A DNA stretch of 25,945 bases from Citrobacter sp. NCU1 (lineage in GTDB: Bacteria > Pseudomonadota > Gammaproteobacteria > Enterobacterales > Enterobacteriaceae): the NCBI RefSeq assembly GCF_010231475.1, contig NZ_NRDO01000048.1:1-25945 (forward strand), written 5' to 3'. Shown piece after piece: positions 8,259 through 18,067 of this stretch (position 1 is its first letter; every line of letters begins with the position of its first letter). The notes below the pieces were generated by a model. The model searched no databases and was not told where the DNA came from. It saw only the letters and a list, made by a program, of their open reading frames with translations. The position numbers and the translations under genes are program-made.

Positions 8259-9839
8259 ATGAAAAAAAGGCGAGTAGTCATTGGCGTTCTGGGTACGGTA
8301 CTGGATAAACGCGGTAAGCGGGCAAATCGTTTAAAAAAATGGCGACCCACGGTCGGTCTGTGCCAACAGCCGGATTTTCCTGTTGACCGACTGGAACTTA
8401 TCCACCAGCCACGCGACGCCGGGATGTGCCAGCAACTGGCGGAAGATATCCATTTACTCTCGCCTCATACAGAGGTTCGTCCACACGCTATCGCCATTGC
8501 GAACCCGTGGGATTTCGAAGAGGTCTATGCCGCGTTCCTCGATTTTTCCACCCACTACACGTTCGATACTGCAAACGAAGAGTATTTGGTGCACATCACC
8601 ACCGGCACCCATGTAGCGCAAATTTGCTGGTTCCTGCTGACGGAAGCGCGTTATCTGCCCGCCAGTTTGCTACAAACTGGGCCTGCGGCGAAGGGCGTTC
8701 CGGAGGAGATGATTGCCCCCGGCACCTGTTCGGTCATCGATCTCGATTTAAGCCGCTATACCACGCTCACCAGTCGCTTCCAGCGCGAGCAACAGCAGTC
8801 CGTCTCATTTCTCAAAGCCGGTATCGATACGCGCAATGCCACGTTCAATAAACTGATTGACCGCATCGAGCGCGTGGCCCTGCGTTCTGGCGACCCTATT
8901 CTGCTTACCGGCCCCACGGGTGCAGGAAAATCCTTTCTCGCGAAGCGGATTTTTCAGCTTCGTCAGTCGCGGCACCGGGTTGACGGTAAACTGGTGGCGG
9001 TCAACTGCGCCACCCTGCGCGGCGATAACGCAATGTCTACGCTGTTTGGTCATGTGAAAGGGGCGTTCACGGGCGCACTGACGCCACGAACAGGTCTGTT
9101 ACGCGAAGCCAACGGTGGTGTGCTGTTTTTGGATGAAATTGCCGAACTGGGGCTGGATGAGCAAGCTATGCTGCTAAAAGCGATTGAGGAAAAAACCTTT
9201 TTCCCGTTTGGCTCCGATAAAGAGGTGCAGAGTGATTTCCAATTGATTGCGGGCACCCATCGCGATATGCCGCAATGGGTCGCCGAAGGGCGGTTTCGTG
9301 AAGATCTCTATGCACGTATTAATATGTGGAGTTTTGCCCTGCCCGGCCTCGCACAACGACGTGAAGACATCGCCCCCAACATCGAGTATGAGCTCCAACG
9401 TTTCTCCAGCAGTAGACAGCCCCAGATCCGCTTTGACAAAGAAGCGCGCGAGCGCTATCTGGCATTTGCCTGTTCACCTCAGGCGCAATGGCGCGGCAAT
9501 TTTCGCGAACTGAGTTCGTCCGTCGCGCGAATGGCAACGCTGGCCGAGCAAGGGCGTATCACCCTGGATCTCGCTGAAGAAGAGATTGCGCTGTTGCAGG
9601 AAACCTGGCGGGACACGGCGTCGCAGCCGGAACTGGAGATGGACATCGATCTCTTTGATCGCCACCAGTTGGAAACCGTGCTTGAAGTCTGCCGCCGCAG
9701 CGCGTCGTTGTCTGAAGCCGGGCGCGAACTCTTCGCCATTTCGCGGCAGAAGAAAACGAATCCTAACGATGCTGACCGCCTGCGTAAGTATCTGGCGCGT
9801 TTTGGCCTGAGCTGGGAAAGCCCCAAAGTCAGAACATGA
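8259..9839 (+). CDS. rtcR: RtcR-type sigma54-dependent transcriptional activator (N-terminal CARF domain, AAA+ sigma54-interaction domain, C-terminal HTH).
   Basis: The 526-aa product shares N-terminal (GTVLD..G.....W.KWRPT..LCQQ, NPWDFEEVYA, HITTGTHVAQICWFLL.EARYLPA) and central AAA+ (GPTGAGKSF, GAFTGA, ESELFGH-like region) blocks with E. coli RtcR. Confidence 0.92.
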   Translation: MKKRRVVIGVLGTVLDKRGKRANRLKKWRPTVGLCQQPDFPVDRLELIHQPRDAGMCQQLAEDIHLLSPHTEVRPHAIAIANPWDFEEVYAAFLDFSTHYTFDTANEEYLVHITTGTHVAQICWFLLTEARYLPASLLQTGPAAKGVPEEMIAPGTCSVIDLDLSRYTTLTSRFQREQQQSVSFLKAGIDTRNATFNKLIDRIERVALRSGDPILLTGPTGAGKSFLAKRIFQLRQSRHRVDGKLVAVNCATLRGDNAMSTLFGHVKGAFTGALTPRTGLLREANGGVLFLDEIAELGLDEQAMLLKAIEEKTFFPFGSDKEVQSDFQLIAGTHRDMPQWVAEGRFREDLYARINMWSFALPGLAQRREDIAPNIEYELQRFSSSRQPQIRFDKEARERYLAFACSPQAQWRGNFRELSSSVARMATLAEQGRITLDLAEEEIALLQETWRDTASQPELEMDIDLFDRHQLETVLEVCRRSASLSEAGRELFAISRQKKTNPNDADRLRKYLARFGLSWESPKVRT

Positions 9840-9886
9840 ACATAATTTGTTTGAATAAAATTCAAACAACATATAAATAATAACAA

Positions 9887-9912
9887 TAGCCGGGCTCGAA
9901 CCCGGCTTTTTT
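9887..9912 (+). terminator. Rho-independent terminator of rtcR (stem AGCCGGG/CCCGGCT, loop CTCGAA, then TTTTTT).
   Basis: Hairpin plus T-run read directly from the sequence. Confidence 0.75.
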
Positions 9913-9950
9913 ATAACAAGCAAACACAACATTATCGCAAGGAAAACACT

Positions 9951-10892
9951 ATGCTCGCCGTTATCACAAGGCTGTTCCCGTTATGGGCGCTGCTGCTCTC
10001 TGTTATTGCGTATTATACGCCAACCCCCTTTACCGCCATCGGTCCGTGGGTCGCCACGCTGCTGATGCTGATTATGTTCGGTATGGGCGTTCACCTGAAA
10101 ATTGACGATTTCAAACGTGTGCTCTCACGCCCCGCGCCGGTTGCCGCAGGGATATTCCTGCATTATCTGGTCATGCCGCTCGCCGCCTGGCTGCTGGCGC
10201 TGTTGTTTAAGATGCCCCCGGAACTCTCCGCCGGGATGGTATTAGTCGGTAGCGTTGCCAGCGGAACCGCATCCAATGTCATGATTTATCTTTCGAAAGG
10301 CGATGTTGCCCTGTCGGTGACCATCTCTTCCGTTTCCACCCTGGTCGGTGTCATTGCCACCCCCTTGCTGACACGCCTGTATGTCGATGCGCATATTCAG
10401 GTGGATGTGATGGGCATGCTGCTCAGCATTCTGCAAATCGTGGTGATCCCGATTGGCCTGGGGTTGATTGTGCACCATCTCTTCCCCCGCGTAGTGAAAG
10501 CGGTGGAACCGTACCTGCCCGCCTTCTCAATGGCCTGTATTCTGGCGATCATTAGCGCAGTGGTTGCCGGTTCCGCATCGCATATTGCTTCGGTCGGTTT
10601 TGTGGTGATTATCGCCGTTATCCTGCATAACACCATCGGCCTGCTCGGCGGTTACTGGGGCGGGAAATTGTTCGGATTTGACGAGTCCACCTGCCGCACG
10701 CTGGCCATTGAAGTCGGGATGCAAAACTCCGGTCTCGCGGCGGCACTGGGCAAAATCTACTTCGGCCCGCTCGCGGCGCTGCCTGGCGCGCTGTTTTCCG
10801 TCTGGCATAATCTTTCCGGCTCGCTGCTGGCCGGGTACTGGTCAGGAAAGCCGATTGATGAGAAGCCGCGTGACCCGGTAAAAGTGAATTAA
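9951..10892 (+). CDS. panS: Bile acid:sodium symporter (BASS) family transporter, similar to Salmonella PanS (a CoA-precursor/pantoate transporter).
   Basis: The 313-aa polytopic membrane protein has BASS-family blocks ([39 protein letters not shown]). The gene has no counterpart at this position in E. coli K-12. Confidence 0.75.
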   Translation: MLAVITRLFPLWALLLSVIAYYTPTPFTAIGPWVATLLMLIMFGMGVHLKIDDFKRVLSRPAPVAAGIFLHYLVMPLAAWLLALLFKMPPELSAGMVLVGSVASGTASNVMIYLSKGDVALSVTISSVSTLVGVIATPLLTRLYVDAHIQVDVMGMLLSILQIVVIPIGLGLIVHHLFPRVVKAVEPYLPAFSMACILAIISAVVAGSASHIASVGFVVIIAVILHNTIGLLGGYWGGKLFGFDESTCRTLAIEVGMQNSGLAAALGKIYFGPLAALPGALFSVWHNLSGSLLAGYWSGKPIDEKPRDPVKVN

Positions 10893-10923
10893 AAAAGTGC
10901 CGGGTGGCTCGCGCTTACCCGGC
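10889..10923. terminator. Hairpin (GCCGGGT/ACCCGGC, 11-nt loop) immediately after the panS stop. The U-run is on the minus-strand side (A-run 10891-10896), so it likely also terminates rluF/antisense-yjbD transcription.
   Basis: Read from the sequence. Confidence 0.4.
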
Positions 10924-10987
10924 ATACCCTATCAGATTGCACCACATTACCGTACACTGGGTCATCTGGCTGACTGAGGGTACACCT

Positions 10988-11260
10988 ATGGCACTCCCCC
11001 GCATTACCCAAAAAGAGATGACTGAACGCGAACAGCGTGAACTGAAAACGCTGCTGGACCGCGCCCGTATTGCGCACGGTCGTCCGTTGACTAACGCGGA
11101 GACTAACAGCGTGAAAAAGGAATACATCGACAAACTGATGGCGCTGCGGGAAGCAGAGGCAAAAAAAGCCCGCCAGTTAAAGAAAAAGCAGGCTTATAAA
11201 CCGGATGCCGAGGCATCTTTTTCCTGGTCGGCCAATACGCCAACGCGCGGCAGACGCTAA
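10988..11260 (+). CDS. yjbD: DUF3811 family small protein YjbD.
   Basis: The 90-aa product is near-identical to E. coli YjbD (MALPRITQKEMTEREQRELKTLLDRARIAHGRPLTN...). The ORF track starts earlier (10904), but the ATG at 10988 matches the E. coli N-terminus and has a GAGGG RBS. Confidence 0.9.
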   Translation: MALPRITQKEMTEREQRELKTLLDRARIAHGRPLTNAETNSVKKEYIDKLMALREAEAKKARQLKKKQAYKPDAEASFSWSANTPTRGRR

Positions 11261-12130
11261 CTAGCGCCCTTTCTTCTTACGTCCCGGCGCAGTAAAACGT
11301 TTACCGTTTGACGCCGGGCGTGCTTTCTCGTTCGTTTTTTCCATCTTCACGACCGGGCGTTTGATACCCGCCGTTTTCGGCTTTGCTTTCGCTTTTGGCT
11401 TCGCCTCGGAAGAGGAATTTTCGATAAGCTTGAAGAGGTCAATCAGTTCGTCATCGGTTAAATCACGCCATTCACCCAACGGAATGCCGCTTAAGCTGAC
11501 GTTCATAATTCGCGTACGTTCCAGCTTTTTGACTTCGTAGCCAAAATGCTCGCACATACGGCGGATCTGGCGGTTCAGCCCCTGCACCAGCGTGATACGG
11601 AAGACAAACGGGGCTTCCTTTTTCACTTTACACTTCTTCGTGACCGTCCCGAGAATCGGTACGCCTGCCGCCATCCCACTGACAAACTCATCCGTCACCG
11701 GTTTATCCACCGTGACCAGATACTCTTTTTCGTGATCGTTACCAGCGCGCAGGATTTTATTGACCAGATCGCCGTGGTTGGTGAGGAAAATCAGTCCCTG
11801 CGAGTCTTTGTCCAGACGACCAATCGGGAATACGCGTTTGCTATGGTTTACAAAGTCGACGATGTTGTCACGCTCGCCGTCTTCCGTGGTGCTGACAATA
11901 CCGACCGGTTTGTTCAGGGCGATCAGCACCAGATCTTCTGCTTCGCGCGGCTCAATCAACTGACCGTTTACTTTTACAACGTCGCCAGGTTTTACCTGAT
12001 CGCCAATGGTGGCGCGTTTACCGTTCAGGAAAACGTTGCCTTGTTCGATATAGCGATCGGCTTCACGACGGGAGCAAATTCCACTTTCGCTGATGTATTT
12101 GTTTAATCGGATAGATGAGTCGGGCAGCAT
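11261..12130 (-). CDS. rluF: 23S rRNA pseudouridine(2604) synthase RluF.
   Basis: The 289-aa product is near-identical to E. coli RluF ([31 protein letters not shown]...; Lys-rich C-terminal tail). The ATG at 12128-12130 has an AGGAG RBS. The ORF track's longer N-terminus is spurious. Confidence 0.93.
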   Translation of the reverse strand: MLPDSSIRLNKYISESGICSRREADRYIEQGNVFLNGKRATIGDQVKPGDVVKVNGQLIEPREAEDLVLIALNKPVGIVSTTEDGERDNIVDFVNHSKRVFPIGRLDKDSQGLIFLTNHGDLVNKILRAGNDHEKEYLVTVDKPVTDEFVSGMAAGVPILGTVTKKCKVKKEAPFVFRITLVQGLNRQIRRMCEHFGYEVKKLERTRIMNVSLSGIPLGEWRDLTDDELIDLFKLIENSSSEAKPKAKAKPKTAGIKRPVVKMEKTNEKARPASNGKRFTAPGRKKKGR

Positions 12131-12256
12131 AAATTCTCCTGTAAAAGCGAAATATACCTCACCTTGCCGACGATAAAAAATAATCGTGGCGCAACACACT
12201 GGCGATAGATGTGATCTACCGCGCTTTTCAGGCATGGGAGGTTATACGTGTGTGAG

Positions 12257-12298
12257 CCGGAAACCTGACGGCGCGATGCGTATCAGGTTTCCGGTTTT
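12257..12298 (+). terminator. Orphan hairpin (perfect 12-bp stem CCGGAAACCTGA/TCAGGTTTCCGG, 14-nt loop) followed by TTTT on the plus strand. It lies where the pepE 3' end and convergent terminator would be.
   Basis: Read from the sequence. It directly abuts the yjbB stop at 12300. Confidence 0.4.
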
Positions 12299-12299
12299 A

Positions 12300-13931
12300 T
12301 CAATATTCATCCCGCTCGTCGTCTTCATCCGGCTGCTCCAGCACACTATACGCGACCGAACAGAACAGTGAATTGAGACGCTGCATATCACCCAGCAGAC
12401 CCAGATGCAGTGAGCTGGTTTCAATGCTTTGTACGTTCTGCTGATGCAGACGATCAACGTGAGCATGCGAGTAACGGCGATTGAGGATACGAAAACGATG
12501 TTTACTTCGGCGCAAACGACGCGCAGTTGTCACGTCTCCAGAGAAGAAGACCGACATCGCCAGTTGCAGATTGCTGAGCAACTGGTCGTACAGCGCATCC
12601 AGCTCCTTCAACCCTTCCACGGAGAAGGCCCGGCGCACCGCCAGTGATTTGTCGGCAATCTCGCTGCCCATCCGTTCGACGATATCAGAGGCTTGTTCCA
12701 GGTTGAGTGACATTTCGATGATTTCAGCCCAGCGACGCGACTCTTCTTCCGCCAGTTCCTCTTTTGGCATCCGCGCCAGATAGAGCTTGATCGCGGTATA
12801 TAGCACGTTGATATCATCCGCCATCTTGCGAAGCTCTTTCTCTTCGCGCGGCTCACCGTGCATCACTCGCTTAAGCCCTTCCATCATCTGTTCCATGGCG
12901 TCGCCAATACGCAGCGCTTCACGCGCGGCATTCGCCAGTGCGAGGGTCGGCGTGTCCAGGGCGCTGACATCCAGATGTTTCGGTTTCAGATGGGCATCCA
13001 GCTCCGGTTCGTCGCGAATAATACGCTTACAAAATCGCGCCATCGGTTCGGCAAAGGGCACCATCGCCAGACAACGCACCAGGTTGTAAAAGACGTGGAA
13101 GTAGATCACCAGTTCAGATTTTGGCAGCGGCAGTTCGTCCATGGCGTTCGCCAGCATGTGAACAAACGGCAGAATCAGCAGACTCCCCACCAGCTTGAAT
13201 AACAAACTGCCGAGCGCCACACGCCGCGCCGCCGCGTTGGCCGCGCTGTTGTTGAGCATCGCCAACAGGCCGGAGCCGAGGTTGGCGCCGATCACCAGAC
13301 AGAGTGCCACCGGGAACGAAATAATTCCCGCCGCCGTCAGGGTTGCCGTCAGCAGCACAGCCGCCAGGCTGGAATAACTGATAATGGCGAACAACGCGCC
13401 GATCAGCGCATCCAGCAGGATATCGCCGGTTAACGAGGCAAATATTACCTGCACCCCGTTAGCCTGAGTGATCGGCGTCACCGCCTGCACAATCAACTCC
13501 AGTGCGAGCAGAATCAGACCAAGGCCAATCCCGACCCTCCCCAGTTGCCCGACCCGGGACTGTTTACGCCCCAAAAAGAAGATGACGCCGATGAAAATCA
13601 GTAGTGGCGACAGCCAGGACAAATCGAAGGTCAGGATCCGCGCCATCAGCGCGGTCCCCACATCAGCCCCTAATACAATGACTAATGCGGGCGTCAGGGC
13701 GACAAGATCCTGGGCGACAAATGAGGTCACCAGCATGGTGGTGGCGTTACTGCTTTGTACCAGCGCAGTCACGCCAATCCCCGCACAGAAGGCGAGCGGT
13801 TTCTTTTCAACGCTACGGCTGAGAACGGTGCGCAGGCGCGCGCCAAAAACACGCATCACGCCGGTACGCACAATGTGAGTGCCCCACACCAACAGAGCAA
13901 CCGCAGAAAGCAGGTGTAACAGAGTTAACAC
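12300..13931 (-). CDS. yjbB: Na+/Pi-cotransporter family protein with a PhoU-like domain (YjbB).
   Basis: The 543-aa product has a membrane N-terminal half and a PhoU-like helical C-terminal half, and is highly similar to E. coli YjbB. Confidence 0.9.
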   Translation of the reverse strand: MLTLLHLLSAVALLVWGTHIVRTGVMRVFGARLRTVLSRSVEKKPLAFCAGIGVTALVQSSNATTMLVTSFVAQDLVALTPALVIVLGADVGTALMARILTFDLSWLSPLLIFIGVIFFLGRKQSRVGQLGRVGIGLGLILLALELIVQAVTPITQANGVQVIFASLTGDILLDALIGALFAIISYSSLAAVLLTATLTAAGIISFPVALCLVIGANLGSGLLAMLNNSAANAAARRVALGSLLFKLVGSLLILPFVHMLANAMDELPLPKSELVIYFHVFYNLVRCLAMVPFAEPMARFCKRIIRDEPELDAHLKPKHLDVSALDTPTLALANAAREALRIGDAMEQMMEGLKRVMHGEPREEKELRKMADDINVLYTAIKLYLARMPKEELAEEESRRWAEIIEMSLNLEQASDIVERMGSEIADKSLAVRRAFSVEGLKELDALYDQLLSNLQLAMSVFFSGDVTTARRLRRSKHRFRILNRRYSHAHVDRLHQQNVQSIETSSLHLGLLGDMQRLNSLFCSVAYSVLEQPDEDDERDEY

Positions 13932-13980
13932 GGAATCGGGTTCTCCTTATATTTATATGTTCCTGAGACTCATGAATGAC

Positions 13981-14059
13981 CGTAGGCCTGATAAAACGCG
14001 TCAGCGTTGCCATCAGGCATCATACCAATGCCGGATGGCGTTACGCTTATCCGGCCTAC
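13981..14059. repeat. BIME made of two REP elements (GTAGGCCTGATAAAACGCGTCAGCGTTGCCATCAGGC ... GCCGGATGGCGTTACGCTTATCCGGCCTAC).
   Basis: Canonical enterobacterial REP palindromes read from the sequence, lying between the yjbB promoter and the metH 3' end. Confidence 0.75.
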
Positions 14060-14104
14060 GATGATCCCGAACCTTCTTCCAGTATAAGGGTTTACACGCA
14101 ATAA

Positions 14105-14140
14105 AGAGACAGGGCACTCATTGAGCGCCCTGTTTGTTAT
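14105..14140 (-). terminator. Probable metH terminator hairpin (ACAGGGC/GCCCTGT) with a T-rich tract on the minus strand.
   Basis: Read from the sequence, ~55 nt downstream of the metH stop. Confidence 0.45.
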
Positions 14141-14188
14141 AAGTAAAGATGACACATCTGTGACACTGACCGTCGGCGGCGCAGATGG

Positions 14189-17100
14189 TCAGTCTGCGTC
14201 ATACCCCAGATTTGGCGCTAACCAACGCTCGACCTCGGCAACCGGCATACCTTTGCGCAGCGCATAATCCTCCACCTGATCGCGTTGAATTTGCGCGACG
14301 GCGTAGTATTTGCTGTCTGGGTGGCTGAAGTACCAACCCGATACCGATGCCCCCGGCCACATGGCGAAAGATTCGGTGAGCTTCATGCCGGTGTGTTTTT
14401 CCACCTCCAGCAGTTCCCAGATGGTGCCTTTTTCCGTGTGTTCAGGACAAGCCGGGTAGCCCGGTGCCGGGCGGATACCCTGGTAATTTTCGCGGATCAG
14501 TTCCTCATTGCTGAGATTCTCGTGTGCCGCATAGCCCCAGTAGACTTTACGCACGCGTTCATGCAGATATTCCGCGAAAGCCTCTGCCAGACGGTCGGCA
14601 ATCGCTTTCACCATAATCTTGTTGTAGTCGTCGTGTTGGGCTTCAAATGCATCGGCCAGCGTATCTTCTTCCAGCCCGCCAGTGACCGCAAAGGCACCGA
14701 TGTAATCCGCTTTACCACTCAGTTTCGGCGCCACAAAGTCAGACAAGCAGTAGTTGGCAAAACCCACTTTCTCGGTTTGCTGGCGGAGATGATGGCTGAC
14801 CGCCAACACATGAGTACGCGTCTCATCACGGTAGATTTCGATGTCATCACCGATGCGGTTCGCCGGGAATAACCCCACCACGCCGCGCGGGTTAAGGGAT
14901 TTTTCCGCACTTAGCGTATCGAGCATATCGTTGGCATCTTTAAACAGACGCTTCGCTTCCTCACCCACCACCTCATCTTCGAGGATGCGCGGATATTTAC
15001 CGGCCAGCGACCAGGTCATAAAGAATGGCGTCCAGTCGATGTAGTTGCGCAGGGTTTCAATACTGGTTTCAACGCACTGTACGCCCAGACGATGCGCCAC
15101 TGGCGGTGTGTAGCTTGCCCAGTCGAACGCCAAATCGTTGTCACGCGCTGCCGCCAGCGTGACCGGCGGCGTGCGCGGTTTCTTGCGCCCGTGCTGGATA
15201 CGCACGGTTTCGTACTCTTTACGGGTGCGGGCGACAAAGTCATCACGCTGGGTGTCTGAGAGCAAGGCCGCCACCACGCCAACGGTGCGCGACGCGTTCT
15301 GCACATAGACTGTCGGACCGCTGTAGTTCTGCTCGATTTTCACTGCCGTGTGCGCTTTCGAAGTGGTCGCGCCGCCAATCAGCAGCGGAATAGTAAAGCC
15401 CTGGCGCTCCATCTCCTTCGCCACGTTGACCATCTCATCGAGCGACGGGGTGATCAGCCCGGAAAGCCCTATCAAATCCGCATTCACTTCTCTGGCGGTT
15501 CTGAGGATTTTCTCTGCCGGAACCATCACACCGAGATCGATAATCTCGTAGTTATTACACTGCAACACCACGCCGACGATGTTTTTACCGATGTCGTGCA
15601 CGTCACCTTTTACGGTGGCGATGACCATTTTGCCGTTGCTGGAACCTTTCTCTTTGCTGGCCTCGATATACGGTTCAAGGTAAGCCACCGCTTGTTTCAT
15701 CACGCGGGCGGATTTCACCACCTGCGGCAGGAACATTTTCCCTTCACCGAACAGGTCGCCGACCACATTCATGCCATCCATCAGCGGGCCTTCAATGACT
15801 TCAATCGGGCGTGCCGCCTGCTGGCGCGCTTCTTCAGTATCCAGCTCAATGAACTCGGTGATCCCTTTCACCAGTGAGTATTCGAGGCGTTTTTTTACGT
15901 CCCAGCTACGCCATTCGGCCTGCTGGGCGTTAGCAGAATCATCCGTTTTGCTGCCGCGATACTTCTCGGCCAAATCCAGCAGACGTTCGGTGCCGTCGTC
16001 ACGACGGTTGAGGACAACATCTTCCACCGCATCGCGCAGCTCGGCAGGCAAGTCGTCGTAAATCGCCAGTTGCCCGGCGTTGACGATCCCCATGTCCATG
16101 CCGTTACGAATGGCGTAATAGAGGAATACCGCGTGGATCGCTTCGCGTACCGGGTCGTTGCCGCGAAACGAGAACGAAACGTTTGAGACGCCACCGGAGA
16201 TCAACGCATGCGGCAATTCGCGTTTGATGTCTTCGCAGGCGCCGATAAAGTCCTGCGCATAGTTGTTGTGCTCTTCAATGCCGGTCGCCACCGCAAAGAT
16301 ATTCGGGTCAAAGATGATATCTTCTGGCGGGAAACCGACCTCTTCGGTGAGGATGTTGTACGCCCGACGGCAGATCTCGATTTTGCGCGCGCGGGTATCG
16401 GCCTGGCCCTGTTCATCAAAGGCCATCACCACTACCGCCGCCCCATAACGACGCAGCAGTTTGGCGTGGTGGATAAAGGTTTCCACTCCCTCTTTCATCG
16501 AGATCGAGTTAACGATGCCTTTGCCCTGAATGCACTTCAGCCCTTTTTCGATGACCTCCCATTTCGAGGAGTCGATCATGATTGGCACGCGCGCGATGTC
16601 CGGTTCACCGGCGATCAGGTTGAGGAAACGCACCATCGCCGCTTCGGCGTCAAGCATCCCCTCATCCATGTTGATGTCGATAATCTGTGCGCCGCTTTCG
16701 ACCTGCTGACGCGCGACATCCAGCGCTTCGCTGTATTTCTCTTCTTTAATCAGGCGTTTGAATTTTGCGGAACCGGTAACGTTAGTACGCTCGCCCACGT
16801 TGACAAACAGGCTGTCGTCGCCGATGTTCAGCGGCTCCAGACCGGCAAGACGGCAGGCCACCGGAATTTCCGGAAGCTGGCGTGGCGGCAAACCCGCCAC
16901 CGCACGACTCATCGCCGCAATATGTTCCGGCGTGGTGCCGCAGCAGCCGCCGACAATATTCAGGAAGCCCGCTTGCGCCCATTCGCGAATCTGAGCCGCC
17001 ATCGTGTCGGCATCAAGATCATATTCGCCAAAAGCGTTCGGCAGTCCGGCGTTCGGGTGCGCAGTGACGTAGCATTCGGCAATACGCGACAGTTCCTGCA

Positions 17101-17872
17101 CATACTGGCGCAGTTCGTCCGGTCCCAGCGCACAGTTGAGACCAAAGGTGAGCGCTTCAGCGTGGCGCAGGGAGTTATAAAACGCCTCCGTCGTTTGACC
17201 GGAGAGCGTGCGCCCGGAAGCGTCGGTGATGGTGCCGGAGATCATAATCGGCAGGTCGACGCCCAGCGCTTCAAACTCCTCTTTCACCGCAAAAATAGCA
17301 GCTTTGGCGTTGAGCGTATCAAACACGGTTTCAATCAGGATCAGGTCCGCACCGCCTTCCACCAGCGCTTTGGTGGATTCACGGTAAGCCGCAACCAGCT
17401 GATCAAAGGTGATATTACGGAATGCCGGATCGTTCACGTCTGGCGAAATGGACGCCGTACGGTTGGTTGGACCGAGAACGCCCGCAACATAGCGTGGTTT
17501 TTCCGGCGTACGCGCCGTCCACTCGTCAGCGCAGGCACGGGCAAGTTTGGCTGCGGCGAAGTTGATCTCCGCAGACAGGGATTCCATCTGGTAATCCGCC
17601 ATCGCGATGGTCGTGGAGTTGAAGGTGTTAGTTTCGATGATATCCGCGCCCGCTTCAAAGTAGGCGTCATGAATCGCGGTTATCACTTCCGGTTTGCTCA
17701 GCACCAACAGATCATTGTTGCCTTTGAGGTCGCACGGCCAGTCGGCAAAACGCGCGCCGCGAAAGTCTTGCTCGCTTAAACGGTAGCTCTGGATCATCGT
17801 GCCCATGCCGCCATCCAGCACCAGAATACGTTCATTTAACTGCGCACGCAGTTGTTCAACTTTGCTGCTCAC
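14189..17872 (-). CDS. metH: Cobalamin-dependent methionine synthase.
   Basis: Near-identical to E. coli MetH over its full length (1227 aa). The ORF track starts at a TTG (17887). The GTG at 17870-17872 gives the E. coli N-terminus [11 protein letters not shown] and has a GGGAG RBS. Confidence 0.96.
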   Translation of the reverse strand: MSSKVEQLRAQLNERILVLDGGMGTMIQSYRLSEQDFRGARFADWPCDLKGNNDLLVLSKPEVITAIHDAYFEAGADIIETNTFNSTTIAMADYQMESLSAEINFAAAKLARACADEWTARTPEKPRYVAGVLGPTNRTASISPDVNDPAFRNITFDQLVAAYRESTKALVEGGADLILIETVFDTLNAKAAIFAVKEEFEALGVDLPIMISGTITDASGRTLSGQTTEAFYNSLRHAEALTFGLNCALGPDELRQYVQELSRIAECYVTAHPNAGLPNAFGEYDLDADTMAAQIREWAQAGFLNIVGGCCGTTPEHIAAMSRAVAGLPPRQLPEIPVACRLAGLEPLNIGDDSLFVNVGERTNVTGSAKFKRLIKEEKYSEALDVARQQVESGAQIIDINMDEGMLDAEAAMVRFLNLIAGEPDIARVPIMIDSSKWEVIEKGLKCIQGKGIVNSISMKEGVETFIHHAKLLRRYGAAVVVMAFDEQGQADTRARKIEICRRAYNILTEEVGFPPEDIIFDPNIFAVATGIEEHNNYAQDFIGACEDIKRELPHALISGGVSNVSFSFRGNDPVREAIHAVFLYYAIRNGMDMGIVNAGQLAIYDDLPAELRDAVEDVVLNRRDDGTERLLDLAEKYRGSKTDDSANAQQAEWRSWDVKKRLEYSLVKGITEFIELDTEEARQQAARPIEVIEGPLMDGMNVVGDLFGEGKMFLPQVVKSARVMKQAVAYLEPYIEASKEKGSSNGKMVIATVKGDVHDIGKNIVGVVLQCNNYEIIDLGVMVPAEKILRTAREVNADLIGLSGLITPSLDEMVNVAKEMERQGFTIPLLIGGATTSKAHTAVKIEQNYSGPTVYVQNASRTVGVVAALLSDTQRDDFVARTRKEYETVRIQHGRKKPRTPPVTLAAARDNDLAFDWASYTPPVAHRLGVQCVETSIETLRNYIDWTPFFMTWSLAGKYPRILEDEVVGEEAKRLFKDANDMLDTLSAEKSLNPRGVVGLFPANRIGDDIEIYRDETRTHVLAVSHHLRQQTEKVGFANYCLSDFVAPKLSGKADYIGAFAVTGGLEEDTLADAFEAQHDDYNKIMVKAIADRLAEAFAEYLHERVRKVYWGYAAHENLSNEELIRENYQGIRPAPGYPACPEHTEKGTIWELLEVEKHTGMKLTESFAMWPGASVSGWYFSHPDSKYYAVAQIQRDQVEDYALRKGMPVAEVERWLAPNLGYDAD

Positions 17873-18031
17873 ACTTGCTCCCGACAACGCTCAACCCAGA
17901 CCCAAAATGGCCAACAAACCATACTGGCACAAACTGATGTGACGGAAAAGCAAACAGCGGGCAACATGAGACATGTTCAGCTTCACTCCTCCGATCAGTA
18001 CAGGAATTCTTGCATTATAATTAAATAAAAC

Positions 18032-18046
18032 GAAAATGATTTCCAC
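18032..18046. promoter_or_regulatory. IclR-box-like half-palindrome (TGGAAATCATTTTC on the minus strand) in the iclR promoter region, a candidate autoregulation site.
   Basis: It resembles the TGGAAAT-N-ATTTCCA IclR operator and lies ~25 bp upstream of the iclR ATG. Confidence 0.3.
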
Positions 18047-18067
18047 GATACAGAAAAGGAGACAGCT

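Noticed and set aside
12186-12371. A 61-aa ORF spanning the rluF-yjbB gap (a possible pepE remnant).
   Set aside because: Its translation has no similarity to peptidase E, and it overlaps the yjbB 3' end. It is probably spurious.
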